Of a stretch of DNA of 64,000 nucleotides, positions 49,255 through 62,352 are shown one piece after another. Each line of letters starts with the position of its first letter. Positions within the stretch are counted from its first letter, which is position 1. The DNA is taken from the NCBI RefSeq assembly GCF_964194155.1, contig NC_135880.1:205902001-205966000 (forward strand). Direction: 5' to 3'. The notes beneath the pieces are model-generated. The model had not been told where the DNA came from. It worked only from the letters and a program-made list of their open reading frames with translations, and did not search any database. Source of the stretch: Cetorhinus maximus. Lineage: Eukaryota. The position numbers were made by a program, and so were the translations under genes.

Positions 49255-49722
49255 ATCAACAATATGTGGCAGCAACAGGCCAGGGGAGGGCAGCAGAATT
49301 ATAGTCCCTCAATGCAGCAGCCAAATACCAACAACCGATCCACCCTGCAGCAATCCTATCGAGGAATGCCTTCTAATCAGCAAGCGACACCTCAGAATTA
49401 TAGCACCGCTGTACAGCCACGTTCAACCAGCCCAAATTCACGAATGATGCGGCATTCAGAAAAATCATCATTGGGTACCCACAGGCAGCAGGCGCATTCA
49501 TCTTACCGATCAGATAACGGTAATTTTACTCGAGATGCTCACTTCCAGGATCACAGTCCAGCTCGAGATGCTCACTTTCAGGATCACAGTCCAGACCAGT
49601 ATTATAGGGGGAACCGTGAACCTGAGTTCCAGCAGGACCAAAGCTCGCACCACAACAGAAGTTGGGAATATGATTACAGGAGGGAGCAGTCTCGAGGCAG
49701 CAGACGTCGAAATTGGCAATAA
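49255..49722 (+). CDS. RBM7: RBM7 coding exon 5 (terminal, low-complexity Q/S/R-rich)
   Basis: TTGCAG acceptor, phase 0, open frame INNMWQQQ...GSRRRNWQ*; total CDS 921 nt. Confidence 0.9.
   Translation: MNNMWQQQARGGQQNYSPSMQQPNTNNRSTLQQSYRGMPSNQQATPQNYSTAVQPRSTSPNSRMMRHSEKSSLGTHRQQAHSSYRSDNGNFTRDAHFQDHSPARDAHFQDHSPDQYYRGNREPEFQQDQSSHHNRSWEYDYRREQSRGSRRRNWQ
49529..49594 (+). repeat. In-frame 33-bp tandem duplication in RBM7 exon 5
   Basis: CTCGAGATGCTCACTT(C/T)CAGGATCACAGTCCAG x2. Confidence 0.95.
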
Positions 49723-52287
49723 ACTGTTAGAATATCAGATTGGTGGGGATTGGAATTTGAGGAAATGTTCCATAAAAATGAACTAAGCTGGACCACCACT
49801 TGGTTTTAAACTTTTATATACATAATTGTAATTTTCTCTACAGGCCAGTTGTGATGCCTGCACAGAAGTTCCCTGTTTGTAGAACTTACAACACAGGAAG
49901 CCATTTGTCTGTCTGATCCTGTTCCCTTCCCACTTGTAAACTTATCCAATCCCCTCTTCATGCTAATCTTTGCCTCGGTAGCTACTGGTGGTAAAAACGC
50001 CCCAGATCTAATGGTGCTCTGTTTGGGAGATGGAATTATCCAACTTCCCCAATTAGTTCCTTTCTCATTTCTAGTGACCCTTTTACCATGTGCTCTGCAT
50101 GGGGAGTGATTTGAACCGAAATTCAAACTGCTAGTTCTGCATTGTAAGATGTGCCAGTAAAGCGAAAATAAGATTATTTTTAGAGAAAGTATTAAACATG
50201 CAGCGGAGCAAAAAATGTCAAACATGATTTTACGTCCCATTCAGACTGCATGTGAGTGGAATCTGTTTGTAGTGATCATTCAGATGCAATACTTAAATTG
50301 AGTGCCAAAATCTATATGAGCTCTGGATTTTTAAAAAATTTGTTGTACAGACCAGTCTTGTACTAGATCCCCCACCCCCACAATGGTATCTTCTGTTGAT
50401 TGATTCATGGAGGTGGTGGCTATTCTTGTTGAGCAATGCTGCTCCAGACTCATCAGAACAGTGAACAATTGACTTAATCAGATACTCAGCCTGCCTTGAA
50501 TGCGTACCTCAATGTCAGCGCTCTTCCAATCGGTGCTTGTTTTTTATTTTAACTTCTGGCAAGTCCAGATGCAGCACAATGAGCAGAATGCTGCTCACCA
50601 GCAAGTGAGGGATTGCCCACACTGACCAGTCTTCTATAACCAGTATTGAGGGCTACTAAAAAAAATGGTACTTAAACTGGATTCCACTATATTTACAGGT
50701 ACATCTGGTAAACTGATTTTAAATTTAGTTTGATTTGCTCAATGAACCATGACCAGTGCTATAAAAACCATTGCTTAAAAGATTGGATTTCTCTTCATAT
50801 CTTCAGCCACACACACATTGCTCATCTCTTTTTTTAAAAAAAGGAAGATTTAAGTTGGATACAGATGAGCAAGTTTAGGGTGGGAAGAGTTCCAGTAAAG
50901 CAACCGGATGCAGTGAGGAATTTCAAGAATGATGGGCAAGAATTTTAATCTGGGGTAGGTTGTGAATGAGTGCGGTTTTCCATTTGTTCAGTTTGGAATG
51001 TAGATGCATATACAGTGTCAAACCAGTTCTTATCTTGGTGACAGAATCATAATCCACTATTGGTATGTATGAACATGCAGCGCGAATGCGTGGCTTCAGT
51101 CCCTTGCACTTCATACTAAAGAAGAAGAAAACATGGTGCCCACTCATTGGGTGGTTGAGTGCCTATTTGCTAAAAGTTGTTGCTGTGCTCCTTTAAGTTG
51201 ATTAACTCGTTTTCCAGTTTGTACTTGTATCCAAAAGATAAGTGGAAGCAGTTTACCACAATATTACTGCCTTAGAGCAGTGTTGGCCTTCGTACTGGCA
51301 GTATGGTTCCTTTTTGGGAGTAGTTCACATTGCAGGTACATTCCAGTTACAATAAATGTATTGTAGAGTGCAGGTGTTTTCTGTTGAGTATTATGAGTTA
51401 CTGATTTTTGCCTTTAAACTTTCACATTCTTCGTGTTATTACACCAAACCAAATTTTCCCCTCGGAAACTAACATACCTATTATGTTTTTGTTCTGTACT
51501 TATGTTGTTGCATATGAGGAATAATGTATTCTCTGGTCTTCAGTTTACCAGCAAAAAAAAATGTATTAACTAAAAGAAACAGTTAAGATTTTTTTTGAAA
51601 AAAAAAACAAAATTTGTACAGATTTTTAATGCACTGTAACTTTCATTTTTTTAAACCTGGTTTCATGAAAAAAAACTCTAATTTTTCTAGGATAATTGTA
51701 GCTACTTCACCCTTGTGTATTCTTGATAATTCATTTTTAAAATGTGTATTTATAATTTGGTTTCTTTAATTTAAAGTCTTAATTTTACCTTTTTTTCCCC
51801 AAGGTATTTTGACTTTGTTCCCCTCTGTTTTTTGAAATGGGAAAGTTAACTGTTGCCAGCTAAGGAAGTCGAGTTAGTGGAATTTTAAATACTAGGAAAA
51901 ATTGCACTGCTGTCTAAATTTTTGTGCTATTTAGCTGTTGTACAGCTAATTTGTCTGTAAATGTGCAATATTTTAAAAATATTTCATAATACTTTTTTAT
52001 AGGAAGACCTGCTTACTCTGACTATCGGTTCCTAATAGCTTTGGCATTTGTTCCACAAGCCAATTTCTTAATGATAAATGAACTATCATATGATTCTGTG
52101 TTAATTGTTCATAGACCAGGAAAAAGTGATACTCAATGTATTTTCCCCTTCAGGTTATAAGTTATCTTGTAATCCTATCTGCGTCTGGGGAATTTTGCCA
52201 CTTTTTTTCTTGCTTCTTCCATGTAATGTTGTGACTTGTAAGTAGTTGTAATGTGCAACTACTTTTTAAAACCAGCAACGTTTTGCA

Positions 52288-52293
52288 AATAAA
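52288..52293 (+). terminator. RBM7: Likely distal RBM7 polyadenylation signal
   Basis: AATAAA at the end of a 2.6-kb AT-rich tract with no recognisable repeat, followed by U/GU-rich sequence; a proximal AATAAA lies at 51351-51356. Confidence 0.6.
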
Positions 52294-52439
52294 GTGTTTA
52301 TCCTCTTCATTGTTTATGCTTTTTTTGGTAAAAAAAAATATGATTTTACATTGCAGCCTTGAAACTCAATTCGATGGCCCCTCACAATGATACATTCGTA
52401 TAATTCATTGGCCCTGAGCTATTAGTCATATGTCCACGT

Positions 52440-53530
52440 TTTCATTTGCTGATGATGCAAGATTGGTGGCATAATAAATCATGTAGATTGGAGCATAAAA
52501 TTACAATGAGAGGAAAAGAATCAGTGAAATGTATTTTATTGTGAAGTCATCCATTTTGGACCAAGAAAGGATAGATTTGAGGTTTTAAAATAGTGAGAAG
52601 TTAGGAACAGTGAAGCTCCAAAGAAATTTAAGGGTCAAGTACATGAGTGCTTAAAAATAATCTATGGTTAATAGAATATTCAACTTTATATCTGCATAAC
52701 TAAGGGGAGGAAGCATTGCTGCAGCTCTGCAAAGCCCTGTTTAGACCATATCTGGAATACCATGTATCTTTATGGGTGCTGCACCTTTAAGTATGTAGTG
52801 ACCTTGGAAGAATTGCAGTGTAGGTTTGCCAGAATGTTGGAGTTAAATTATGAGATTATACAAATTTGTCATGTATTCCCTGCAATTTGGAAGGTTAAGG
52901 GATGATTTGATAGCAATCTCTAGGATTTTAAAACAAATCAAACTTTTCTGCTGGTAGGACAAGGGAACATGAACTTAAAATCAGAGCCAGGCTATTCAAG
53001 AGAGAAGTTAGCAAACACTTGCAAAGGAGTGATAGAGATGTGCAACTCTCAAAAAGCAGTAGATGCTTTTAAAATTGAGGGGCTTAGGATAGGAAGGACT
53101 TAGTTCCTTTACTAGAGAGATCATTAAATAGGGGCATAGATTTCAAGTAATTGGCAGAAGGATTAGAGGGGAGATGAGAAATGATTTTACCCAGAGGGGG
53201 TTGGGGGCCTGGAATTCAGTGCCTGAAAGGGTAATAGAGGTAGAGGAACCTTCACATTTAAAAGCACTTGGATATGTACTTGAAATGCAGTAACCTACAG
53301 GGCTACAGACCAAGAGCTGGAGAGTGGGATTAGGCTGGCTGGTTATTTTCTTGGCCAGCACAGATATGATGGGCTGAATGGTCCTCTCTTGTACTGTTAA
53401 ATTTTCTATCTCTGCTAGATCAATTTAAAATCTCTAAATTTTAACTAGCCAAGGGATCTGCAGTCAAGGCGAGGGTTTAACATTTCTCACTGAATGATGG
53501 AAGAGGTTTGAGGGGCTGAATGGCTTATTG
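52440..53530 (+). mobile_element. Old CR1 remnants (nested 3' ends)
   Basis: TTTGCTGATGATGCAAG (FADD), AGACCATATCTGGAATAC, two CR1-type 3' ends. Confidence 0.7.
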
Positions 53531-56349
53531 TTCCATGAATAGTACTGTGGATTTGGATACCTTTACATCTGAGAATTGACTATAAATCCAGCTCAGATAT
53601 TTATGGCAATGAGCTAGAGCACCATAATTCTTGACCTTTTCTGATCAGCATGCAGCACAATCCTTTATGAATGTCAGTAGAATCCCAAGATTGGATTTCT
53701 AGGAATTCCTGTAATAAAAAAAAATACTTTATTTTGTGGTCATGGAAAAGGGAAGCAGACATAGGGGTTTTGCGATAAAAGAGTAAATCATGATGTTATG
53801 TGGCTTATGCCTGTGTACTATTAAGAGCAGCTTAGGGCTAGCTGTGAGCTGCAGTATAGTTCTACTTAGTGTGTGCTGCTTATGCAGCAATTTCCAAATA
53901 GTGACTAAAACTTTGATCGTTGTCTATAGTGCCATGTTTTAGATACAAGGTCAATTCTGTAATTGGGTTTACCATAAGCAGAGAACCTGAGGTTAACATT
54001 TGACGGTCTTAGACCTGAAGATGCTGGGTTATCGCAGTTACTGTTGATATTTAGCTAATCCTAAATATAACGTGTCCAATGTTTTAATTAAAGAGTTCAC
54101 TAGGGGCTGACAGCAGTTGACATTTTTCACTTTAGTCTGTTGCTATAATCCAGTTTGCATTCACATTTTACTCTCTAGACATTGCGATTGTCGGGGAAGA
54201 ACATTGTAATATCTACATCTGAATCTTGCTGGGAATTAACAAGTTTCTCATGCAATTGTGATCATTTTTGTCACATCCAGGATATTGTGCATGCTGAACA
54301 ATTGCTATATCCTTGAAATTAATGGGGATATAGTTCTTCCTGTGCTGCCCTCATATTTAGGTATTGTTAAAAGTATGTGCATTATAATCTATAATTGCAG
54401 GGCAGGAGCAACCTGACGCCCAGCATTGGCATTCAGACAATTACAATGAAGAATTATTTCATGAGTGGAATTTCTTCACAGCCATTTTTCTCCTCAATTT
54501 TCCCCATTATAATAACCAGTGTTCCAAATCCAAATGGTGTCATTTATCACCTATTTCCTAATCCCTATTGATTTGTATTAGCACACTCCTATGCAATTCA
54601 CACTCGGCATACTTTATCTACTAGGTGGTCCACTCAACTGTAAATCAATTAATCTCAGCTGCTCAATCAAGTGACTGCAGAGACTTTTGTTTCAAATGTT
54701 CAAAATGGGAGTAGATACAAATTATAATTCTGGTGTGAAGAACATAGTGTCAGCTTTTAGGTTTTCTGTTTTTGAAATTACAACAGCATTTAAGCCAGGA
54801 AATGCACTGGTAAATTGAGCACATGTTGAATGTAATACCATCTAGTTATCTATTGCTCAGCAAGAAATACTGAGGTCACTGTGGTTTTGAATATAAAGAT
54901 AATGGTGTCACTTTAATTGAAGCAGAACTTTAAATGCTAAGGCTATACTCACCCACACTGCGAGATAACAGTATTTGTAAATGAAAAAAGTCAGCCTGGA
55001 TATTTAATTAGTATTAGTCCTGCACATTTAATATGCAAGTAATGATCTTACTGATATATTTTACCCTTCAGTTGTGACCCTTTGGCGCAGGTCAGAATAT
55101 AGAATATTTCTCTTACAATAAATTTTGTCTTTTATGAAATCTTGATATTGATGACAGTAATTCCTCTGTTAGAGAAAGGAGTAGGAGTGAGCATTACATG
55201 GAAATTACATGCCAATTTGTTTATTTCATTTGTGAGTAAACCTTTTTAGAATCCATCATTTAGTGAACTTTTAGGAAAGCATAGGCTAATGGGTGGCAGT
55301 CAGCATGGATTTGTAAATAGCAGTTTAATTGAAATTTTTATGGCAATTTGAGGATGAAGAAAATGTGAATATTCTCTCAAGTTCTAAAATTGGAAAATGT
55401 CTCCCAAAAAAGATATTTCAAAAATGTAATGGAGGCTTTCTTAGGATTCAGTGATCTATGAACAGTATACATTTTTCAGACAGAAAAAAGATTTGAGGGA
55501 GGTTGCTTCTATCTGATGTTTGTCATTAAAATGCTTCTACGGAGTTCTCATGAATATTTTTCAAGTCTATCTGCTTTCTGAGCTCCAGTTGAGTACATTT
55601 GCATATTGTCAGTGAGCATTAGTGTTGCAGCAGAAGCAAATTTCCTGGGTTTGTACTGTAATGCATGGAGTAAGTTAGATTGAGATGTGAGGTGCAGCAG
55701 CTGCCATGATCAACTGATCGAGGTGCAAGGGAGGAGCTTTTTTTTGAATATGAATAGTTGGAAATGTTTTCTAAAACCTTCCTTTTTGATTTCTCTCTGA
55801 TTCTTTAAGCATATCTTAAGACCCCTTCACCCAGATACAGTCAAGGCTTCTCATGAATAGATATAACATTTCTTATAACATTCCATTATCATTGGAGGAG
55901 GGGCAGCAGGTTATGAAGCTAAGGAGTATCAGGCACCATTTACAGATGATGCAGCCACCTTATCAATATTTCTTTCCCAAAATATGCAAGCAGCACGTCA
56001 TATGATGACCTTTTGAAAAGTTACAAATTAGACGCAATTGGGCATCTTTGATGTGCTGCAGAAAGACCCTGAGAGACATCTGTCTACACAGCTGTCAATG
56101 CTTCAATGGTTTGGATGATTTTAGGCAGCCATGGTGGGGTGGTCTAGAAATATCAGCCTGGATGCATTCATTGATCCACTCACTGACTCTTTAGCAACAG
56201 GGTGGTGATAGGATGAAAATGAGCAAATTTCCCTCCAGTTAACAGGGGATAATGTGCTTGGCGGTGTAATTAAAGGTGCAAACAGCTAAATGATTTGATG
56301 AATGTGGAGGCTTTTTGGGTGGAAAGTGAGGGCTACTTGAGTTCTCTAA

Positions 56350-56510
56350 CATCAGAAAGTGCTGGAAAAAGTCGGCAGGTCTGGCAGCATCTATGGAGAG
56401 AGAAACAGATTAATGTTTCAAGTCTAATATTCCAATATGACTTCTGGGTTTTTCTAGCACTTTGTTTTAATTTCAGATCTCAAACATGCGCAGCATTTTG
56501 CTTTTATTTT
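56350..56510. mobile_element. Old Penelope-derived fold-back element (similar relics at about 29810-29900, 57935-58080, 58825-58975)
   Basis: GCTGGAAAAAGTCGGCAGGTCTGGCAGCATC ... CAGCATTTTGCTTTTATT. Confidence 0.65.
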
Positions 56511-59199
56511 AGGCCCTCTGTAGTGAGAGGAAGGAGGAGGTGAGGTTTAAGGAAGGGCTCTGCGGCTCACCACTTGGGGGAACTTCTGTTGAGAACATAC
56601 CCTGTTGAGAAGATACCCTGTTGCCTGTTTCTTTTTTTGGCACTAGACTAGAGGTACAAAATAGAAACTTAGAAAAAGAATTACAGTGTTGTATGAAAGA
56701 ATTTGTGTACCTTGAAAGTTGAATCAGTTTCTAGGAGTTTACTGTTATGGAAGGTATTTTCTGAATAGTACAAGGAGCAGAATGAGCTGCATTTGTGGAA
56801 ACAACCACTAGGAGGTGGTGCTGACCAGTTGGATCAAAATCTTTGAGTCAAAATTATACTTGGTGCAGTATTAAAGATTTTGTGTGAATAATTGTGCACT
56901 GGTGACAACCAGAGGAACTGCCCTTTATGATATTTGTGTAAAGACTCTCTGATAACACTCCCAAGCCTGAAACAGTGATAATGTATGATAGCTTTTGAAA
57001 TGTAGCTCAATTTACTTAATGGAGAAATTATTAATTTGGCATGAAAGTGAGCAGAATTTAACAGCCACTCACTTCATGGAAGTATGTGAGGAAGATTCTG
57101 GAGTTGCTTACTTGATAGAATGCCATCACAGGCATTATTCATTGCGCCTGACATAGTTCATGTAGGAAAGATTATAGAACTCTGGGATTGCTTGTGAATT
57201 TGAACCGATTCTTTACCTCAAAAATTAGGATTTTGTATTTAAGTTGCCCTTCTGTGTTCTGTGAGGAAACCAGAGATCTGCCTCATGAGGCCCAACAAAC
57301 ACCAACAGTTTGGCAAAATTATTCAATTGGAGCCCATGGCCCAATTTTGGACGAGCCTCAGGCCTGATAATTTGAGGCCCGAAGCGGGCGAAATCAAATT
57401 TTTCTCTGCCTTTCATCAGTGGAATGTGCAGACACTTCCGTCTGTGCGTTGTGCACATAATTTAGACAAAACATCAAAAAGCTATTTTTTCAGTGCTTTG
57501 TAATCAGTTTTAGCTAAGAATGACACGTCGATTATTTTTTAGTATAAGTGGCTGCAGCAAGGAAGCTTGTGTAAATCCAGTAAATTTGTGGCCATCATTG
57601 ACTTGACTGGAGGGATGAGGTTTGCAAAGCTATGATCAACTTTTCATGGTTTTAGCAGAGCAATACAAAAGCCCTAGGAAACCATGACGCAGTGCGATTA
57701 ATAGCTTAACTCACTTTATTTCTTGTGGCTTCTGTGTTGGAAATCGAACACACAGCCGTGGATGATGCAAGAAATTCTGGAATATAATTCTCCGAGTACC
57801 TATTTTGACAATCAATATAGATAATTGTACTATTGATCTTTGCTTGTGACAAAGTATGTTGTTTTTTTTTGTTAACATTTTTGAAGTAAAGTTGTAATAG
57901 GTCAGAATAGGGATTCCGACCCTGAGCGGAAGATTCGGGCTAATGTTTCAATTCCGTGACCTTTTATCAGAACTGGGCATCTGAACTAAAATGTCATTGA
58001 ACTAAAACGTTGCTGAATATTACCAGGGTTTTCTGTTTATTTCAGATTTCCAGTATCTGCAGTATTTTGCTTTTTTTTATTAGCCTTTTAATGAGGCCTA
58101 GATGTCATATTCTTATCAAAGCCTTTACAGCTGGAAGATAAGTAGATTTTACACTCAATCCAAATTAGCAGCCAAGCAGTAGACTGTTGCAAATGAACTG
58201 CGGCAAAAATTTCCCAATTACAATGACTTCTGTGAATTTTAGTATAAGCAGTGCTGAGGATAATAGTTGCCAGAATCTCTTGCTGATTGTATTTTACACT
58301 TGGTTTTGACATTTGATGTGATCTGAATCCCTTGCAACAGATTCCAAGCCACCGGTACCTAAATTATGATATTAATTTACCCCTTATCATAAGTTGACAT
58401 GTTTTAATTCCAGATCACACCCATGCTCTTGAGACAACACCAATCCCTGACATCAGAACACACTTGTTGAACGGAAAGCTGCAAAGATCGGGTGGCCAGA
58501 GGTCAATCTCTATCCATGATACCATAAGTTCCTTGGAGAATTTTCAACTATTTTTCAAAGACACATCTGATATAGGAAGGAGTCTTGAAGAGCACTGTCA
58601 TAAAATTGTATCAGAATTGGTGCCTGTTTAATATGCGCTCCATGGTTTGAGCATCCCAGTTATTCCCACCTTTGACTTTTTGAAATCTTTCCATTAACTG
58701 CATATTTGCAAACTTAACCATTTTAATGGAATGACAGTTGAATGGATAGGCAATTGGTAAATACCATTGCATGTGCCATCTCCTGCCTTTCACAATCTAT
58801 CCCTCTTCAATGTCTCAATTAAAACCAAAAATGAATGAAAGATAGTAGGAAGGTCCCAGATCTGATTTCCAGTTATGATGAAAGGCCATTGAGATGAAGT
58901 GTCCACCCTGCTTTTTCTCTCTCCACAGATGCTTCTTGACCTGCTGAGTATTTTTCAGCATTTTCCATTTCTCTCTTGGTTTCCTGTGTCTGTGCCAAAT
59001 GAGCTATTTAAGCCAGTTTGTTTAGAGGGGCACTGCATCTTACTATAGCACCCGAAAACAAAAGGGGATAAAACAAAAAAAAAAAATCAGCGTGGCTTTC
59101 GCTCTTGATTACTATTCCAATTGTTGTGCATATTTTCACACACTTCCCTCCCTTGGAGAATGGTATAGAGTGTTGGAAGTCATATGAAAGCTCTTTTGG

Positions 59200-59290
59200 C
59201 AGCCAACAAGTCCAGAGGTAGGGCTTGAACCCAGGGGCTTCTAGCTCAGAAGCACGAGTGTTACCAACTGAGCCACTCAGGCTGACCAAG
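59200..59290 (-). mobile_element. tRNA-derived SINE head
   Basis: - strand TGGCTCAGTTGGT ... GGGTTCAAGCCC. Confidence 0.55.
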
Positions 59291-59389
59291 CCAGTGAGTG
59301 ATTCCTGCTGTAAACTGTACTTGTGGACAGAGGCAAATTTGCTTGTGATGACAATCACAGTCAAATAATTTGCCAACATTCACTTCCAT

Positions 59390-59770
59390 GAACAATAACA
59401 ACTTGCATGAATGTAATGCCTTCAGAGGAGTTAAAAATTCCCAATGTGTTTCACGGGAGCATTATCAAAGAAATTTTTTTGCACTGAGTCAGAAAAGGGA
59501 GGTTTCAAGGGAAGTTTCAAAAGGAGAAGAGAGATGTGGAGGCAAAGGGAGAGGAAATTCCAGAGCTGGAGGGCCTTGACAGCTGCAAGCAGAGCAGAGC
59601 AGAGGCACTATTTGGAGGAGCACAAATATTTCAAGAGGATTACAGGGCTGAAAGAGGTTGCAGAAAAAGGAAGCAGCAAGGCCATCGAGGCATTTGAAAA
59701 CAATGATAATGTTAAAACTCAAATCATTGCTAGATCGGGTGCCAATATAGGTTGGGGAGCAAAGGGATGA
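59390..59770 (-). mobile_element. Decayed L2-like 3' end
   Basis: AACAATAACAACTTGCATGAATGTAATGCC is the reverse of an L2-type terminus; resembles the reverse complement of 1250-1600. Confidence 0.5.
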
Positions 59771-60739
59771 TGGGTTACTAAAGTGATGTGCAGGACATCA
59801 GTTGTTGCCTATGGAGACTTAATCGGCATCAGTCAGGAATGCAATGAAAGAACAGAAGAGAAAAATTGATGACCTATATAAATATGTACTATTGTGTAAT
59901 ATTAAAGCATTAGTACTGAATACAATCTATTTAGGGTATGCTCTTAAAACTAGTCATTAAAACAGAATTAACGATTTGGCAAAATTACAATTATTTCTGC
60001 AGAGCTGTTACAGTGAACAACAATAAAAAGATAATAAAGGGAAATTTTAAGGCAGGATAAATTTAGAGAAGGAAAATAAAAGCATCTGACAAATGGTTTC
60101 AGAAAATATACAACAAATGAGAAGCAAATGGAATGATGTTTGAAATACAGTAAGATACAATTTTGGCTCAGAGATAAGACAACAGTATATTAAACCAGAA
60201 GATTTACAATTAGGCTTGTTAGGAACATGGTTCAGGAGTCTAGGCCCTGTAACCTTGGAAAAACTAAAATGAGAACAAGGACAATTATATTGCAATAGGG
60301 AACTTTCAAACCACATTTTGCATCGGTGCACAGAGTAGTGACATTGAAACCCTGAAACAACAGCACTTTGCATTTTAATAAGCGGTGTGAAGTAATTTTT
60401 GCACTGGCCACAGTATAATATTTCAGGTTGGTCCATTAACCATATGTTGCAGAAAGAGTAAAGTTGCAGATAGCGCAGAGAGAATCTCAAGCTTTTAAAC
60501 GTCTGGAAGGAAACCAATGGACCAACCCTAAGCTTAAAGTTGTATTTGGATGAATTCCGTGCAATCACACTTTTTCTGACCAGACAGTGGCATAAAGCTA
60601 GTAGTAGATCTTGGATTTGCTAACTTTGGTATTGGCATCCAATTGATATCTTCCCCTCTAAAATAAATCTAATTTGGTTTTTAAATTATATAATAAATGG
60701 CTTGTAGCACAAAGGTGTTTTAAATGATAGGTTCATGTT

Positions 60740-62352
60740 TTTTTATTCATTTACAGGATGTGGGCTTTGCTGGCTAGGCCAGCATTTATTGCTCAATCCT
60801 AATTGCCCTTGAGAAGATGGTGGTGAGCTGCCTTCGTGAACAGCTGCAGTCCCTGTGGTGTAGGTACACCCAGAGTGCTGTTAGGGAGGGAGCTCCAGGA
60901 TTTTAACCCAGCGACAGTGAAGGAACAGTGATATATTTCCAAACCAAAAACAACAATACCTGGAAAAACTCAGCAGGTCTGGCAGCATCTGCGGAGAGGA
61001 ACACAGTTAACGTTTCGAGTCCGAATGACCCTCCAACAGAACACAGAGGGCCAGTGATAGGTGGAGATAACCAAAAGATGTCACAGACAAAAAGAAAAAG
61101 AGGTGTTGAAGGTGGTGATATTATCTGAGGAATGTGCTAATTAAGGGTAGAAAGCAGGACAAGCAAGGTACAGATAGCCCTAGTGGGGGTGGGGTGGGGT
61201 GAAGGAATCAAAAAAGGCTAAAAGGTGGAGATAAAACAATGGATGGAAATACATTTAAAAATAATGGAAGTAGGTGGGAAAAGAAAAATCTATATAAATT
61301 ATTGGAAAAAAAGGTTGGGGGGGGGGTGGAGAATCGGAAAGGGGGTGGGGATGGAGGAGAGAATTCATAATCTAAAATTGTTGAACTCAATAAAACAATT
61401 TTAGATCATGAACTCTCTCCTCCATCCCCACCCCCTTTCCGATTCCCCCCCTTTTTTTTCCAATAATTTATATAGATTTTTCTTTTCCCACCTACTTCCA
61501 TTATTTTTAAATGTATTTCCATCCATTGTTTTATCTCTACCTTTTAGCCTTTTTTGATTCCTTCACCCCACCCCACCCCCACTAGGGCTATCTGTACCTT
61601 GCTTGTCCTGCTTTCTACCCTTAATTAGCACATTCCTCAGATAATATCACTACCTTCAAAACCTCTCTGTCTTTTTGTCTGTGACATCTTTTGGTTATCT
61701 CCACCTATCACTGGCCCTCTATCCAGCTCTACTTGTCCCACTCCCCCTTAAACTAGCTTATATTTCACCTCTTTTCTATTTTTACTTGAAGGGTCATTCG
61801 GACTCGAAACGTTAACTGTGCTCCTCTCCGCAGATGCTGCCAGACCTGCTGAGTTTTTCCAGGTATTTTTGTTTTTGTTTTGGATTTCCAGCATCCACAG
61901 TTTTTTGCTTTTATTTTGCTGATATATTTCCAAGTGAGTGGGTTGGAAGGGAACTTCTAGGTGGTGGTGGTCCCATGTGTCTGCTGCCCTTGTTCTTCTA
62001 AGTTCTAGTGGTCGTGGGTTTAGAAGGTGCTGCCTAAGGAGCCTTGGCGAGTTTCTGCAGTGCATCTTGTAGATGGTACATACTGCTGCCACTGTTTGTC
62101 GGTGGTGGAGGGAGTGAATGTTTGTGGAAGGGGTGTCAATCAAGTGGACTGCTTTGTCCTGGATGATGTCCAGGTTGGAGGTGCATTCATCCAGGCAAGT
62201 GGAGAGTATTCCACCACACTCCTGACTTGTGCCTTGTAGATGGTGGACAGGCTTTGGGGAGTCAGGAGGTGAGTTACTGGCCACAGGATTCCCAGCTCCT
62301 GACCTGCTCTTGGAGCCACAGTATTTATATGGCTAGTCCAGTTCAGTTTCTT
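60740..62352 (-). mobile_element. LINE 3' portion (CR1/L2 group) interrupted by a Penelope palindrome
   Basis: IQDKAVHLIDTPSTNIHSLHHRQTVAAVCTIYKMHC C-terminal ORF2 remnant; tail at about 60740. Confidence 0.8.
60943..61919. mobile_element. Penelope-derived 1-kb palindrome
   Basis: Arms 60943-61382 and 61394-61880; perfect 14-bp TSD TGATATATTTCCAA (60929-60942, 61920-61933). Confidence 0.93.

Noticed and set aside
56586-56623. 2.4 copies of a 16-bp unit CTGTTGAGAA(C/G)ATACC
   Set aside because: Ordinary short slippage duplication with no supporting context
60047-60568. 173-aa - strand ORF
   Set aside because: No domain, atypical composition, non-ATG start and no splice context
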